A stretch of 64,000 nucleotides of DNA, from the NCBI GenBank assembly GCA_964106645.2, contig OZ067046.1. One strand, 5' to 3'. The DNA is from Podarcis pityusensis. Taxonomy: Eukaryota. How positions within the stretch are numbered: position 1 is the first letter of the stretch; each line of letters opens with the position of its first letter. A model generated the notes under the pieces. The model was not told where the DNA came from and did not search any database. It saw only the letters and a list, made by a program, of their open reading frames with translations. Shown piece after piece: positions 51,084 to 64,000 of this stretch. The position numbers and the translations under genes are program-made.

Positions 51084-54000
51084 TGCTTTTGCGACCCCCC
51101 ATAATAGTAACTTTATCAGGGTGATTAGCCAAATTCATGGAGAATGTCTCTCTGCGCCTATTAGTCATGCTAGATTCACGAAAATTCTGCATGTTGGTGA
51201 AGAAGCCCGTAATGCCAGTTGCTGGCGTGAGAGGAGTGGTCATGCTGCCATGCCTAATAGACTTATTTACATATCCTTAGATTTCTGATTTTGGCCCAGG
51301 CAATTTTTTTCTATTACACCCCTCTGCTAACACTTTTAAGGTAAAATTTTGTTGGAAAAGGGAGCTTGACTGTCTTTGCTTTTGTAAAAGAACTGCTACT
51401 GAAAACGTCTGCTAATAACAAAGGCTCTCCCTAGCATTGCTGCTTCAACAGTCTGGAAAATGATCTGCTCCCCGCAGCGGGTTGTCTTTCTCAAAGGGGT
51501 GCCTTTTTCTCTCTCCCCTCCTTGACTTCCTTTCTGTTGAGAAAATGGAGCAATTGATGCTTCAAAAGGGAATTCCGCACTTGGCAATCAGCTCCCACTT
51601 GCAGGATGTCTTTGTCAACGGCAGCTTGAATATATTTTCCTCTCATTTCTCTCTGTTGTGGCAGTGGCAGACACAATTCCTTTCAGATCAGAAGCCTACT
51701 GCCTACCTGGGACAGACTTATGAAAGGCATCTTCCCATGAGCCAATCGGATCCTTGCCGTGGAACTGAGGATCTTGTTGGCTGCGTTGGGAGTTTTCCAC
51801 TGAAGCAGATCTGCAGGTCCTGCTGCTGAACATCATTCCATACAGAGGAAGACTTACTTCCTGGTGGCCCACAATAAACGCCTCTCACCTTCAACTTAAA
51901 CTATTGTCTGTCTTTCCCCAAGGGCTGCTTCACATACTGCAGACTTTTTGACTTGAGTCCCATTATGTGAAAACTCTGGCTGTACTAAAATCTTGATTAT
52001 TCCCATAATGTAGATCCAAACTAGCCATGTCAGATAGTGCTTCTCTGACCCTGTTATCACAGTTGTCACCATCAGCAATTCCATAGACAACGTTAAGGTT
52101 TCTCCTGGACCCCAACTTTCCACGTGTGTCCAGATCATGCATACATGCACCAGGAGAGAGGATGAATCACATGGTGTCTTTCCCCCAAGATTTCCAGTAA
52201 GTATACTTCCTATTTTCCATCAATTAAAGCAAATTGCAGGAGAAGTCTGAAATTTCGTGATGGGGATACTTGCACTGAATTGCTGTTAACTCTTGAATAA
52301 CATGGCTCTCTCCAGTTGTCCTCAAACTGCAGTGTTGCTGTAATTCACAGATCTTTGTTACTGACATCAATAGACCCCCATAACATTGGGATTAATAATG
52401 AAAAATTTTATATCTTAAAAGGGATACATTATACAGGAATGTCGCCCACTAATAAGTTAAACGAACTTAGATTTAAGAGTAATATCCAATCTTTTCTGCC
52501 CACACAAAAATAAGACACAGGTGGCAGATAATACGTTTCCCTCAAAAAAAAATTACGATCTAATTTTAAAAATAAATTTCCTTATAGTATGGTTCACCAT
52601 TTGACACATTACTCGGCAAACCTGCATTTTCACAAGGAATGAATAAAAATGGAAAGCCCCTAAATCTAATTGGCTACTGATGCCAAATAAATTTCAACCC
52701 ACAATTTGGCTTATTTTCATAAAATTGGCAAATTCTGCAATTTTTGTGCCTTTCCATGAGTTTAAAGTTGCAATTTATTTTTGTTCCAAAACAGCAAGAG
52801 GGTATTTAGACTTGTTGCAGGTCTTAATGTGTGCTGGTTTGCTCTACTGTATTGTTTTTAAGATTGCTTTTAACACATTATAATCCTGGTGTTAAAACCT
52901 TGGGATGAGCTGGCAACTGAGAAAAAGAATAGCATTGTCACATAAAATATCCAGGACTCTGCCAGTGAGGAGGAGCACTTTCCTATCCTGTGGGCTGAGG
53001 CTGTTGGGATCCAAGGACAAGTCTTGCCGATTCTTAGCTTCAGGGGGTTATTGTCTCATGTACAAAGTGTTTGCTCAGAACTTGGAAGCTGCCATCTTAC
53101 ACCCTGAAGGAAACAAGATTTTATAATTGACAATAATTCATTTGGATGTTATGATAATCAGAAAACAAACAAGAAGATTCCTTTGTAAACTGAGAGGTTG
53201 TTCATCTGGGATGCTTTGAAAGGAACGCACATATGCTCAGTGAGAGTAAAATGTACCAATAACTGACTCTGTTCCATAGAGACTATTCCAGTGTCAAACA
53301 CAGCAACTTTTTAGCAGTTCGGATTTGCCGGAGAACTATTTTGAGTGGTGTACTAGTGAAGGAACAGCAAGTTTCCTGTGGCTCTCAGCTTTGATTTTAA
53401 AGTTTCTAGCCATTATGGCTGCAAAGCTAGACTTGACACCGTATAGGCAATGCTTGGTGGATCTCAGAAGCCTGAGGTGTGACTGAATACGATTCCCAAC
53501 AAATGAGGGCGTATGAGTCCTTGCAAAAGTGGACTCGAATATGCCACATTCTGTAAACCTGTGTGATTTGCATAATTGCAATAAAGTGTAGGCACAGAAT
53601 CTGGTTTTGTGGTTGAAAAGCTGCAATTTCTTGTCTGTGGAAAATGTGGTGCCCCCACTGATCTTAGTGGTAAGCACTTCTGGAAAATTAAGAAACTATC
53701 TTAAAATGGCTGCTGGGGGAAGACATGGCTAGCCCAAAATGGCTTGCTTGAGGCAAGGGGCGGGACAGGGAGAGAACCGGCTAGTCACAAAGCAAAAGTA
53801 AGTTGCCCAACAAACCAAGTACAAGGCAGAGGTTGAGACTGAGTCCTGAACCATATATTTAACCTTACAAAGCCCAACAAAATAAGCAGGGGTTTTTTCA
53901 AGGCTAGCTGATGAGGTTCGAAAAAAAGAAACACGGACAAGTCCAAGAAACTGACTACAAGACAGGTTGGGTCTGGGTCCCATATTTAACCCGCATATTT

Positions 54001-56250
54001 GACTGCATATAGCAGAACAAAATCCCCATTTCACAGAATGGAAGCCAATTAATTTATCCAGATTACATCTGAATGGTTTATGTGACTGACTGTTGATATT
54101 TGTGGTTTAAATTCTGTTTTACTGTGTGCTGCCATGAGATCACATTCAAGAGGAAAGATGCGCTAAAAATGCCTTAAAATATTATTTTCTCTAAAATTAA
54201 TTTATTCTTCAATATTAATAGGAATATCACCTGCAAACCAATTCTCCCAATTCATTTTTCATCAACTCTCAATACGCTCATTTCAGGATGCTCCCCATGG
54301 CCTGTCCCTCAGCAGCCTGGCTCTGCATTCACCTCAAGAGTTTTTCTAAAGCTGGGCTGTTTCCTTCAAAATCAGATGTGATGATGTTTCTTGCTTAACC
54401 AAAGAGAAGGATTTGGGGGCTTGGCATAGAAAATCTCTGATTCTGTGTACATGATAGGCCCTCACATGCATGTAACTATCCATGTTGGGTGTAACGGTCA
54501 CCCAGTGGCAAACACGTACATGTGATTTAGGAGCTGTGTATTCATTTTAGATCAAACATTGAACTAAATTTATACTTGTTCTGAAACAAATGCCAGAAGG
54601 AACTACTGGGTACATGTATTGTTTCTCACCTTTTCTTTGCATTGGGAGAACCCTACGATTTTACTCCACCACCAGCAGCAGCGATTATGTTAGTTGCCCT
54701 CCTGGTGTGTCTCCCATGTTATTTTCCTAGGAGTTCCAAGATGTTGCATTGTTCTGGAACATTGTGATATTTTATTATTATTATTATTTTAAAGATACTC
54801 ACCACGCACATGCAAAATGGCAGCCCCCCCCCCGAACTGATTTTTAAAAAAACAGAATGACACAATGTCTAGGGCATTGGGGGGGGGGATGTCAGCCATT
54901 AAGAGCAGCTGTCAAAGCCACTGCCACAAATGCTGTCCAAAAATATGAAAACAATGTAGGACAGATGCACGCCTAACAAGCAAATAACAAAACGTATCTG
55001 ATAAATTAGTAACAAAAGAAGTATTTTGTAACAATTATTTTTTTAAAAAAAACTCCCAGAATGAACACGCCTTATGATTTAATTCTGTCTTGTTTTGTTC
55101 TTCCCACAAATCATTTTTCTTTTGACTCTTTAGGCGTAAAAATCACTTCAGAAGTCTGGCTGCACTTTGTACCCTAAAGCCACCATTTTGAAACATCTGA
55201 TGTGGGTGCTGGAAGGGGAGAAATATGTGTATTTAAATTAAATTAATATGGCAATACAGTAAGGCTAATTATTGAACAAACTGCTGGAGTCTGTACTAGA
55301 GCAGAAATTTGGAGATAAGTGGCTTTAAAAAAACCACACCTGCCTATGTGCTTCAAGCACAGCAAATCCTTGTTTAATGAGTCCAAAGGATTAGCACTGC
55401 GCACCAGCCATATTAGCACCATATTGGCCAGAGGTGTGTATAGATCCCTTCTCCAGAATCGTACCACTTTTTTTTATACTGTGTGCCCCCAAGGCTATGG
55501 CTTTTGCCCCATTCCGACTCTTTCCAAAGGAGCGAATCAATACCAGTCCATTACGTACGTAGATGAAGACCATCAATAAAGGAAGAACTAGCTGGAGGTG
55601 AGAAGGCAATCATAGAGGATTTTGCAGTTTTATCAAAGGGCTTTCTCTGTGTTACAAGAGACTTTGCATAACTAAGCCTAGCTGGAAATAGTACAAAATA
55701 GCATGGAGAAATAAACAGATAAAAAACATAGTTGTAAGTAGACCAGTTGATTATTCTGAGTTACTTGAACTAAAACCAACAACAACTATCAGTAGTGTTG
55801 ACGTGTTCAGAACCGAAAAGATCCTTTAAATTTGATTTGATCTGCTCTACCCAGAGATGGGGTGAAAATTCAAATGACAAAAATGGCCTTTTGGAAACAG
55901 TCATACAAAAGGAACATAATAAATTTGCTAAATTTTGCTAACTTTTTCCACGTAGATGCACAAAATTTTGAAATTGGCATCTTTTAAAACTTCTGATGGA
56001 AAACATTAAAATACATTAAACCTGTGAAAGTTACTATAAATGTTATACCAAAAAATTAAATGAGTACCAAGTAGCCCAGCTACCCCCAGTACGATATTCT
56101 GTGATAAAAAGCAGATTGGTGAGAAAATTCTTTTGTATACTTTTATGCATGCAAATAAGGCTGAATTTTAAAAACAGGAGTATAAGCACTGAACTGAAAC
56201 AATCGTTTTTCTTGAAAATTTGCCTGAATAAGACAATAAATTTAGCAATG

Positions 56251-56264
56251 GTGCCCTCTAGTGG
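56251..56264 (-). promoter_or_regulatory. Candidate CTCF site
   Basis: Minus strand CCACTAGAGGGCAC matches the CTCF core consensus CCASYAGRKGGCRS at every position. Confidence 0.55.
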
Positions 56265-57073
56265 GACGAAATGGCTAGTGCCGAAACAAGTGGAAAGCAT
56301 GGACGGCAGTCACAAACTATCATCAACCTGGTTTTCCAATAACAAAGATTCTATTGCAGAGCTAAGGGGATCTTAAGCCTGACGAGGGTTATTTCCTATT
56401 GTAACTAGTCAATTACTGTTTGCTATTGCAACTGTTGGCAGTGCGGGGAGTAGTGCTGGTTTTCCTTACCATGAGGACTGTGACATTTTTTCTTTCCTAA
56501 CAAGAGGTTCTGTGCCTTTAATGGCTGCATAGCAGGCAGGCTTCCTAGGCATGATGATGTAGCGATAAGAAAGGCTGCACCTGTGGAGTTTCTACCTCTC
56601 ATGTGAATGTTAGAAACTGAGAGCTTGGACTGAGAGGTGCCAGAACTCCCTCATTCTCTTATCATGGCAATGGTGCCCACTTGAGAGGTGCCAGAACTGA
56701 GTTCCAGTGAATTTCAGCTGGAAAAAAGCCCATTTTCACACTCGCAATACGACTGAGGAGGTGCAGGGCATGTCTACATATTCACACACATGTGTATAAG
56801 GTACTGTGAGAGGCAAGCAGTATGCATGTGCATCTTAACATGTGCCAACCCAACTTGTGCAACCCTTCCTCCTCAGAAATGGGGGCAGAGAACAGAATGA
56901 CCACACAAATGAGACCTACATTGTTCCTGAATGAGCATAGTGCTGGCATCATATGCATGTGTCAAGGGGCTGTGCCTGCTTCCCACCACCACCACCTGCA
57001 TAGGATCATCGTCATCATCCAAAGCGGGTAAGTACATCTCACCCCGGGGAGCCAAGCTGATCTAGTTGATATA

Positions 57074-57203
57074 CAGTGGTACCTCGGGTTACATACGCTT
57101 CAGGTTACACACGCTTCAGGTTACAGACTTCGCTAACCCAGAAATAGTGCTTCAGGTTAAGAACTTTGCTTCAGGATGAGAACAGAAATCGGGCTCCAGC
57201 GGC

Positions 57204-57234
<31 letters not shown>

Positions 57235-57330
57235 GCCCCATTAGCTAAAGTGGTGCTTCAGGTTAAGAACAGTTTCAGCTTAAGTACGGACCTCTGGAAT
57301 GAATTAAGTACTTAACCTGAGGTACCACTG
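57074..57330. mobile_element. Second copy of the same Tigger-like MITE, with internal (CAG)9
   Basis: Closely similar to 49801-50042; TA at 57072-73 and 57331-32. Confidence 0.9.
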
Positions 57331-57718
57331 TACAGTTGAACTTGGAACAGGAAGTAGTACTAGGTGCACATTTCCATACAGCCACAAAATTCACGGCTTC
57401 ACCTTGATCCAGTCGCTCTCTCTGCCTAATCTCCAGAGACTGATCTTCTATATAAAACACAACAAAACAAAACAGAAGAGGCCTGTGCTACTTCCAAAGG
57501 TGCTGCATGGTTGCTCCAGAGCACTGGAGTCTGTCGAGGACAAAGATGGGGAATCTGAAAAACTCCATTTGCTACTGGACTACAACTTCTGCCATCCTGG
57601 ACCACTGGCCATGCTGGCTGGAACTGATAGGAGTTGGAGCTGAGAACAGCTGGAGGGCTACAGCTTTTCCATCCCTGTTCTTGGATGTGGGTGGGCAGGA
57701 TGGAACCTGAGGTTGGTA

Positions 57719-57951
57719 CCAGTGTGGTGTAGTGGTTAAGAGCGGTAGACTTGTAATCTGGTGAACCAGGTTCGCTTCCCCGCTCCTCCACATGCAGCTG
57801 CTGGGTGACCTTGGGCTAGTCACACTTCTCTGAAGTCTCTCAGCCTCACTCACCTCACAGAGTGTTTGTTTTGGGGGAGGAAGGGAAAGGAGATTGTTAG
57901 CCGCTTTGAGACTCCTTAGGGTGGTGATAAAGCGGGATATCAAATCCAAAC

Positions 57952-57985
<34 letters not shown>

Positions 57986-57990
57986 CTTAC
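57719..57990 (+). mobile_element. Squam3-type tRNA-derived SINE with a (CTG)10(CTT)2 tail
   Basis: A box TGGTGTAGTGG 57725-57735, B box GGTTCGCTTCCC 57769-57780, L2-like 3' end ccgctttgagactcc..aaagcgggatatcaaatccaaac. Confidence 0.85.
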
Positions 57991-58897
57991 TTTCCCAGCG
58001 GTTTAGAATGTGGTCCTTCTTCAGACGAGTGTGGTGGGAAAACATAGCAATGCTAATACTGTTCAGAACTAAAATTCTGTGATGTATGTTAATGTCATGA
58101 AGTTTAAGTGGTAGGAACAGCTCAGGGTCATGACATAAGTTAGGTGTACTATCCAAAGCTTACCTCGTTCAAAGTCTTTATCTTGGATTAATCCCATTTG
58201 GGTCAATGGGACTTTTCCAAAGTAAGGATTTTAAAACTGAGACCTAAAGGCCCATTCCTGTAGATCGCTTACACCAGTTGATGGCTACCAATGGGGAGAG
58301 AGTATTGGCAGCAGGAAAAACCCCCATATAAACAGTGTACAGCTGGGAGGTTCAGAAGGACAATGGGATTGTGCCTGAAGTATTGGAAGCTTTTTGTGAT
58401 AGCTTATATAACAGAGTGAAATTTCCTTTCCCTTCTTGAGCTTCATGTTTCCATAATAAACCCCAGCATGTCACATCACCATTTCTCTCCACACTGGCAG
58501 CTGAATGCCTGAGCACCTTATGCACCAGTATCTAATGTACATCAATGCATACTAATAAAGTGATTCTGATCTTTGACTTGCCTGTAAAGTAGCAACTGTT
58601 TGTAAAGAATCAATTATGTGTTGACATTAGCAAGTGCAGAGCTGTAATGGATAGTGCAATTCCAGGAGTCAGAGAGGCCATCTGGGATCTTTGACCTTAA
58701 CCTGAGGAGTAGAAGTCCTTCTCCTTGCTACCATATTAGTTGTTAGTTGATCACTACCTTGGGAGCCTGTTTTCTGACTTGTTTTTAAGCCCTATAGCAA
58801 AATCATCATCATAATCATCAAGTTCCATTAAAAAAAGCAGATGGAGAGGATAGGGACATACTGTAATGGCACTGTAAAGATGGTTTTTAATAAAGAT

Positions 58898-59513
58898 GGT
58901 TTAATAACCGCCTCTTTCAGCGGGTCTGGGAAGGCTCCCTCACGGAGGGAAGCATTCACCACCCCATCGCCCAGTCCTTCCCGGCTAGCTTTTATAAGCC
59001 AGGATGGGCAAGGATCCAGGAGACAGGTGGTTGGTTTCACTCATCCAAGCAGCCTGTCCCCATCCTCGGAGGAACAGATTGGAATTGATCCCACTCAACT
59101 TGACTAGACAAAACTTTAGCACTCTCCCGCCCCGGCCCTGCTCCCATGGTGGAGTCTACTTCTTCCCGAATCTGAGCGATTTTATCTGCAAAAAACTTTG
59201 CAAAATCATTGCAGGAGAACATGTGGCCCGTGCTCGGCCCCGATGTTGCAGGTGGTTCTGCTAAATTGTGAACCACCTGAAAAAGTCTCCTGCTGCTGTT
59301 TTCTGCAGATACAATAGAGGCGGTGAAGAAATTTTTCTTCACCGTCACTATCGCCACTTGGTAGGCTCGACGTTGAGCTCTAACCTGTGTCTGGTCAGAT
59401 GCGGAATGAGTTATCCGCCACCGGCGCTCTAGCCGTCTCAACGATTGTTTCATTGCCCTCAGATCCGTGGAAAACCACGGGGCTGTCCGGGCTCCATGCA
59501 ATCGGAGAGGGCG
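58898..59513 (-). mobile_element. Low-divergence internal L2 ORF2 fragment (no 3' tail, no TSD)
   Basis: RPLR..RTAPWFSTDLRAMKQSLRRLERRWR...FAKFFADKIAQIR, continuing as KPTTCLLDPCPSWLIK..VNASLREGAFPDPLKEAVIKP. Confidence 0.88.
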
Positions 59514-60151
59514 TGAGCTAGTGTCGGAGAGGGCGTGAACTAGTGAGCTATTCTGTTTCAAGAGCTGCCACAAATGCAGGAAGCCCAAACTGGGATTTGC
59601 CAACAGCGCATCACAGTTGCCATGACACTGCTGCACTGCAGGAATATCATGTGACTCATTCAGGCAGTCAGCTGATCTACATACAGTAAGTGATCTAGCC
59701 ATAAATTCAGTTGACCTACCGAAGCATCGTGCAGTTAAGCTGTGTAAACAGAGTGAGCAGAGGATAAGGGAAGTAAAAGCGGGACGTTGCACTGTGAAAG
59801 CTGCCTTGGGCCATGGAGAAATTCCAACCCCGACTGCCAGGCTATGAGGTTGATGCCAGAATGGCTGTAAATGGGCTCCCTTTCTGAGGCATCTTAAAGC
59901 ACCACTTTCAAGTCAAGAGCTGAGGCTCCTGCAGCCATCTAGTGACAGAGCTTGTGCAGGCAATTATCACCACTACTAAGACTGAACATGCATTAGAGTC
60001 ATGTTCTTGTAGATATCATCATGATGAATGAAAAAAGATGAACACTTCATGCCTGCCAAAAACAAAAGCAATAGTTGTACTCTTCCCCCACCCCCATCTG
60101 TCTTCTTGTCCTGTCCAGTATTTCTTAAGTAGTTTTTCTTTCTCACTCTGA

Positions 60152-60252
60152 TTCGCCAGAAGCGGCTCCCTCGGCCTATAGAGCGAGATGAGCACCGCAA
60201 CCCCAGAGTTGTCCGCGACTGGACCTAACGGTCAGGGATACCTTTACCTTTT
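60152..60252 (+). mobile_element. Sauria SINE 3' fragment
   Basis: gcgagatgagcaccgcaaccccagagt..gactggacctaacggtcaggg..cctttacctt, matching the reverse complement of the 5408 copy with an internal deletion. Confidence 0.85.
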
Positions 60253-60840
60253 TATGCTTTACATATGCATGTTTTTCTCCCAGACCTAAACCAATTCCTC
60301 CTGCCAACAAGTGCCTCGTCTTATAAACCGCCTTGATCTCTCCATACCTATTTTACTCTGATTTCCCATCCTCTGCTCTCTTGCTTATTAGCATTTCAGC
60401 TATTGTATAGGCTTGATTTGCTTCCTTTGTATATCTTTATCTCCATTGGGGAGGAGTCGTTAGATTAGGGCTGAACCAATTTTTTGTGGGCAAGGATTTT
60501 TTTGGTGTGCCATGCTATTTTACCCGTTCACAACCATTCTTACTTTTGGTGCAAAATTTAAAACAGAGGGTAAGTTTCCTCCACTTTCTGATTATGTCTT
60601 CTGGCCAATCAGGGATCATATAGGCAGCATTATGATGCCATGGCACCACAAAACCAATTGATTTGGCTGTGTGACAGCACACTGAAGTAAAATCAGAGTT
60701 AGGGCAACTCTTCCTGTTTTCACTCTGAAAGTGGGACTATTTACCTCAGTTGCTGAAAAGAGTATCATGTTTCACAAAAACAACTGTTAACCAGGTTTGT
60801 GGTTTGAGTCAGCTGACCCAGAGGCAGCTGTGAGCAATAT

Positions 60841-60902
60841 TGTAGGGGTTGGACTATAGAACCCTCAAGGTCCCTTCCAACTCTACAATTCTATGATTCT
60901 AT
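60841..60902 (+). mobile_element. CR1 3' terminal fragment
   Basis: ggggttggacta..aaggtcccttccaactctacaattctatgattctat. Confidence 0.8.
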
Positions 60903-63166
60903 AAAAAATTGTATTTGGAATATCACCTCTTCCTCAGTTTGGGTCAATACTAAGTCATGTGAGTGAGTGAGTGAAAGAGAATATATCAGAGCAGTGGTAG
61001 TGGTGTTTTTCTTAATACTAGTAAATCTAGTAATAAAATCATATTTATTTTCAGGCAGTAATTTGGTGGGTGGGAAAGAAGCCATTGTATTTAATAAATT
61101 CTGTATTTTCATGCCTAGCAATACCACTATACCCTCAGCAAAGTATAGCCAGTGCATTGGCTTCTCATTTGCAACAGAGCTACGCCAGAGTGCACACAAA
61201 AGACTGCATTTGTCCAAAATAAAAGTGTTATTGTCATCCCCTGCCACCTCAAGCTATTCTTAGCAATAGATATTTTGAGATCACCAGAATACAGGATCTG
61301 AGTAGCTGCTTCTTGGAACTTGGGTCTTGCATGGTTGAGGTTTCATTACTTCTAGAATCATTCATTAGAAGTATAAATTACTTGCTACTTGGTAGCTGCC
61401 AAGAATAACTCACACATCATCTTCTGCCAAGCTCTAACATTGGCACTGGGCTCATGCCCTGTCAAAATAAGCTCAGTTCATGTAGTCAAGCTTTTGGCCA
61501 GCACTCAGTATGTTAATATTAGGCACTCATGCTAATGGCAGTGAAGGTCATAGGTGTGACAGTGTCATTTGGTACTAAAAAGGTAATGTGTGCTTTAATT
61601 AGCTAATACAGTATTGATAGTGACTGATTTGCCATTGCTATATTTGATCAGTATTGCTAATTTTAATTATCACTCCTCTTTTCCAGAGATGCCCACTTTT
61701 GGCTTTGTGTTTCATTACTCCCTACAGTTCGCTTGACTTACATGGCTCATGGCTTGGTATTCTTTCCTAATGAAATACCAATTGTAACCTCATTATGATC
61801 CACAGCATTGGGTGATGGAAGTGCCTACACAATCTAGGGTAACATATTTCCATGTGCTCTGTGGTGTCCCTGAAAACAGGGTCCAGGCAGAAGACCAAGT
61901 TTGCCTCGCAACTACATTATCCACAAGCTCCACACTGTCATTCTTCCCATATGCAGCAACGGCAGATATTTATATGGGAGAAAGGAAAAGGGCACAATAT
62001 CAGGCAGGAGGGGCTAATCTGGCCCCCACGCAATTTTTCCTGACCCTCAGCCCTAATACAGTAGCATCAACACACACACAGCTTTGGTGTGGGCAGAGTT
62101 GGACTGACGATGTGAACCAGCCTCTTCCCATTCATCATCTCAACCATGTGATGAGCAGAGAGGGGGTGATGATCCCTTTCCTTGACCCATTTGCTCAGAT
62201 CATTTGAGGAGCTCGGCTGTGTGCATGTGTGAGCAGGATGAGTGTGAGGTGGCCAAATTCACACCCACCAGTGCACGCAGCCCCATGCAGCTCCTGTCCA
62301 GTTCCCGGTGACACTAGTATAGGAAGGGAAGCACACAATGTTTTGCACTTCTTGACTATGTTGCTGCCTGCAGTCCACTGTCTTTGTCCTATAGCGCTCA
62401 TCGTGAACTGTGGAGAGCCATACCACCCTTCCTTGGATAATCGCACCTTGGTTTGCACTGCTTGTTCATGCCACTGCGTGCTAAAGAAATGGTACCAAGA
62501 ATTGTTTTTAGGTATGAAAGTAACTTCACTACTAATATTAATTTACAAAGTGCTTCATGACTGGTCTTCTTCACCCTTGGAACACTGTGAGATATAATCT
62601 TGCTCTCTTCTTAGAGGCATAGAGCTGAGGACCAGAGGTTGTGATGGCAAGATTACCCTTACCCACTGAATTAAGTTCATTAAAATAAATAAATACGCTT
62701 ATAATCCTGCCTTTCTGCCATGGGGCTCTTAAAGAGGTCTCCATAGGGTTCCCAGGCACTGATTAGAATCAGACCCTGAGCAGCTCAGCTTCAACAAGGT
62801 TGCTGCATCAGGCACCTTCAGACAGTGCCCTGGTCTGGGAGTTGAACTTTAACCCGTATTTGATCTATTTTTAGTTCACACAAAACAGGGAACAAAAAAT
62901 GCTCAGTTAGTGGATTAAATATACCGGTATATGTTGACTGAGCAAAAACTGGGAGCAAATTTTATCACTTGTGTAACCTCGCACTGCCATCTTGCTCCAC
63001 ATTTACTAAACTCACCTCGCCAAAATGGTCCTGGGAGGCAGCCAGGTTACTAAAATATGGCTGTCCACGACAAGTAGAGACAAACTATAATACTATCAAT
63101 TAATCTATGTGCACCTCAAGTTGCACATTTAACCTTCTCTACAGAAGATAGGACTAGGCAAGGGCT

Positions 63167-63167
<1 letters not shown>

Positions 63168-63201
<34 letters not shown>
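63168..63201. repeat. (GT)17 microsatellite
   Basis: Read directly from the sequence. Confidence 0.95.
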
Positions 63202-63203
<2 letters not shown>

Positions 63204-64000
63204 AAAAAACATCCTAAGCTATAACAATCTAGTATTATTAAACATAGACAGACAGAAATAGTGCGGGAGGACTTAAGAATTTGTAATTTATTCATAAACT
63301 GCTAAGCCATCATAGCAAACTTTTTAAATGAAATCTGATAGTTCTTTAAATATTTACCAGCTTGTTGACCCATTTTCTCAGTTAATTAGGGATTGCATTA
63401 ACAATGTACTGAACAGAGGCGGCTTTTAAAATTAAGCAGCCCAACTATTGTGCATTGCACAAAGTTTTTATTTTGTTCAATGAAGCTAGAGAAAGGATGC
63501 TCAATTGAAAACATCCCAATTCTTTAACAAAGAAGACACCTAATATATGACTAGATTAATCACTTTTCCTATGACTTAGTTGACAGATCCAGATCATCTT
63601 TCTAGGAAGAACATTCATTTTGCAGTCTTCTCTGTTTCTGTAATAGCTTTTTACTGACTTCAGCTGCACATATTTTCTTACCATGATTTCTGTGATAGCC
63701 TGCATTATTTTCCAGTGAAAAGTTTTGCAGTATTTGCTTCTAATGAAAATGAATGAGTAATTCATCATACTTTCTCAACCTTTTTCAGTGCACTCGTTCA
63801 TTTCCATCTTTAAGCTGAATCCCTTCATCTGAAACACATAATTGTGCAGCTGAAAATAATTCAGGGAAGATGTGGCCACACACCCTGTATGGCCTATTGC
63901 CAAAAGGGATTGAGAGATGTTTTAGTTGTTTGTTTCTTCCTAGTCATCTCATCACCTTTATTTTCCCTCACTATTTCCCTGTTATTAGCTGATGCCTTGT

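Noticed and set aside
57572-58156. PolyQ ORF (minus) and polyC ORF (plus)
   Set aside because: Both are translations of the (CTG)10 SINE tail.
59037-59792. 251-aa ORF as a host gene
   Set aside because: It is an L2 ORF2 fragment that happens to stay open into flanking DNA.
50000-64000. Exons of the expected downstream neighbour REELD1 (human synteny, opposite strand)
   Set aside because: No reeler-domain or REELD1 C-terminal-like peptide is recognisable in the ORF track or by eye; it probably lies beyond the window.

Overview
Vertebrate genomic DNA from a squamate reptile. The SINE complement (Sauria/POM-type and Squam3-type) suggests a lacertid lizard. The only host gene I can support is SLC10A7 on the + strand: seven coding exons with canonical AG/GT boundaries and consistent phases, matching human exons 6-12 as I recall them. 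They run from 3545 to the stop at 46055 and are followed by a 3'UTR. The rest is intronic and intergenic DNA dense in mobile elements. The standout is a young, 5'-truncated Penelope-like retroelement (Neptune-type; uninterrupted 564-codon RT plus GIY-YIG frame) lying antisense in intron 7. It has a minimal hammerhead ribozyme in its 3' terminal region, a 15-bp target-site duplication (TSD) and a fold-back hairpin at its 5' break. Also present: an L1 3' end with TSD, L2/CR1/RTE/BovB fragments, Tc1/mariner and hAT MITEs, microsatellites and two assembly gaps. Other points of interest are a Pumilio/miR-181/miR-124 motif cluster just after the SLC10A7 stop, two different hAT MITEs stacked at one target site, an L2 fragment with templated duplications at both junctions, and a strong CTCF motif downstream of the gene. 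I found no wholly new protein-coding system, and most short ORFs in the track look spurious. All family assignments are by eye, not by database search.
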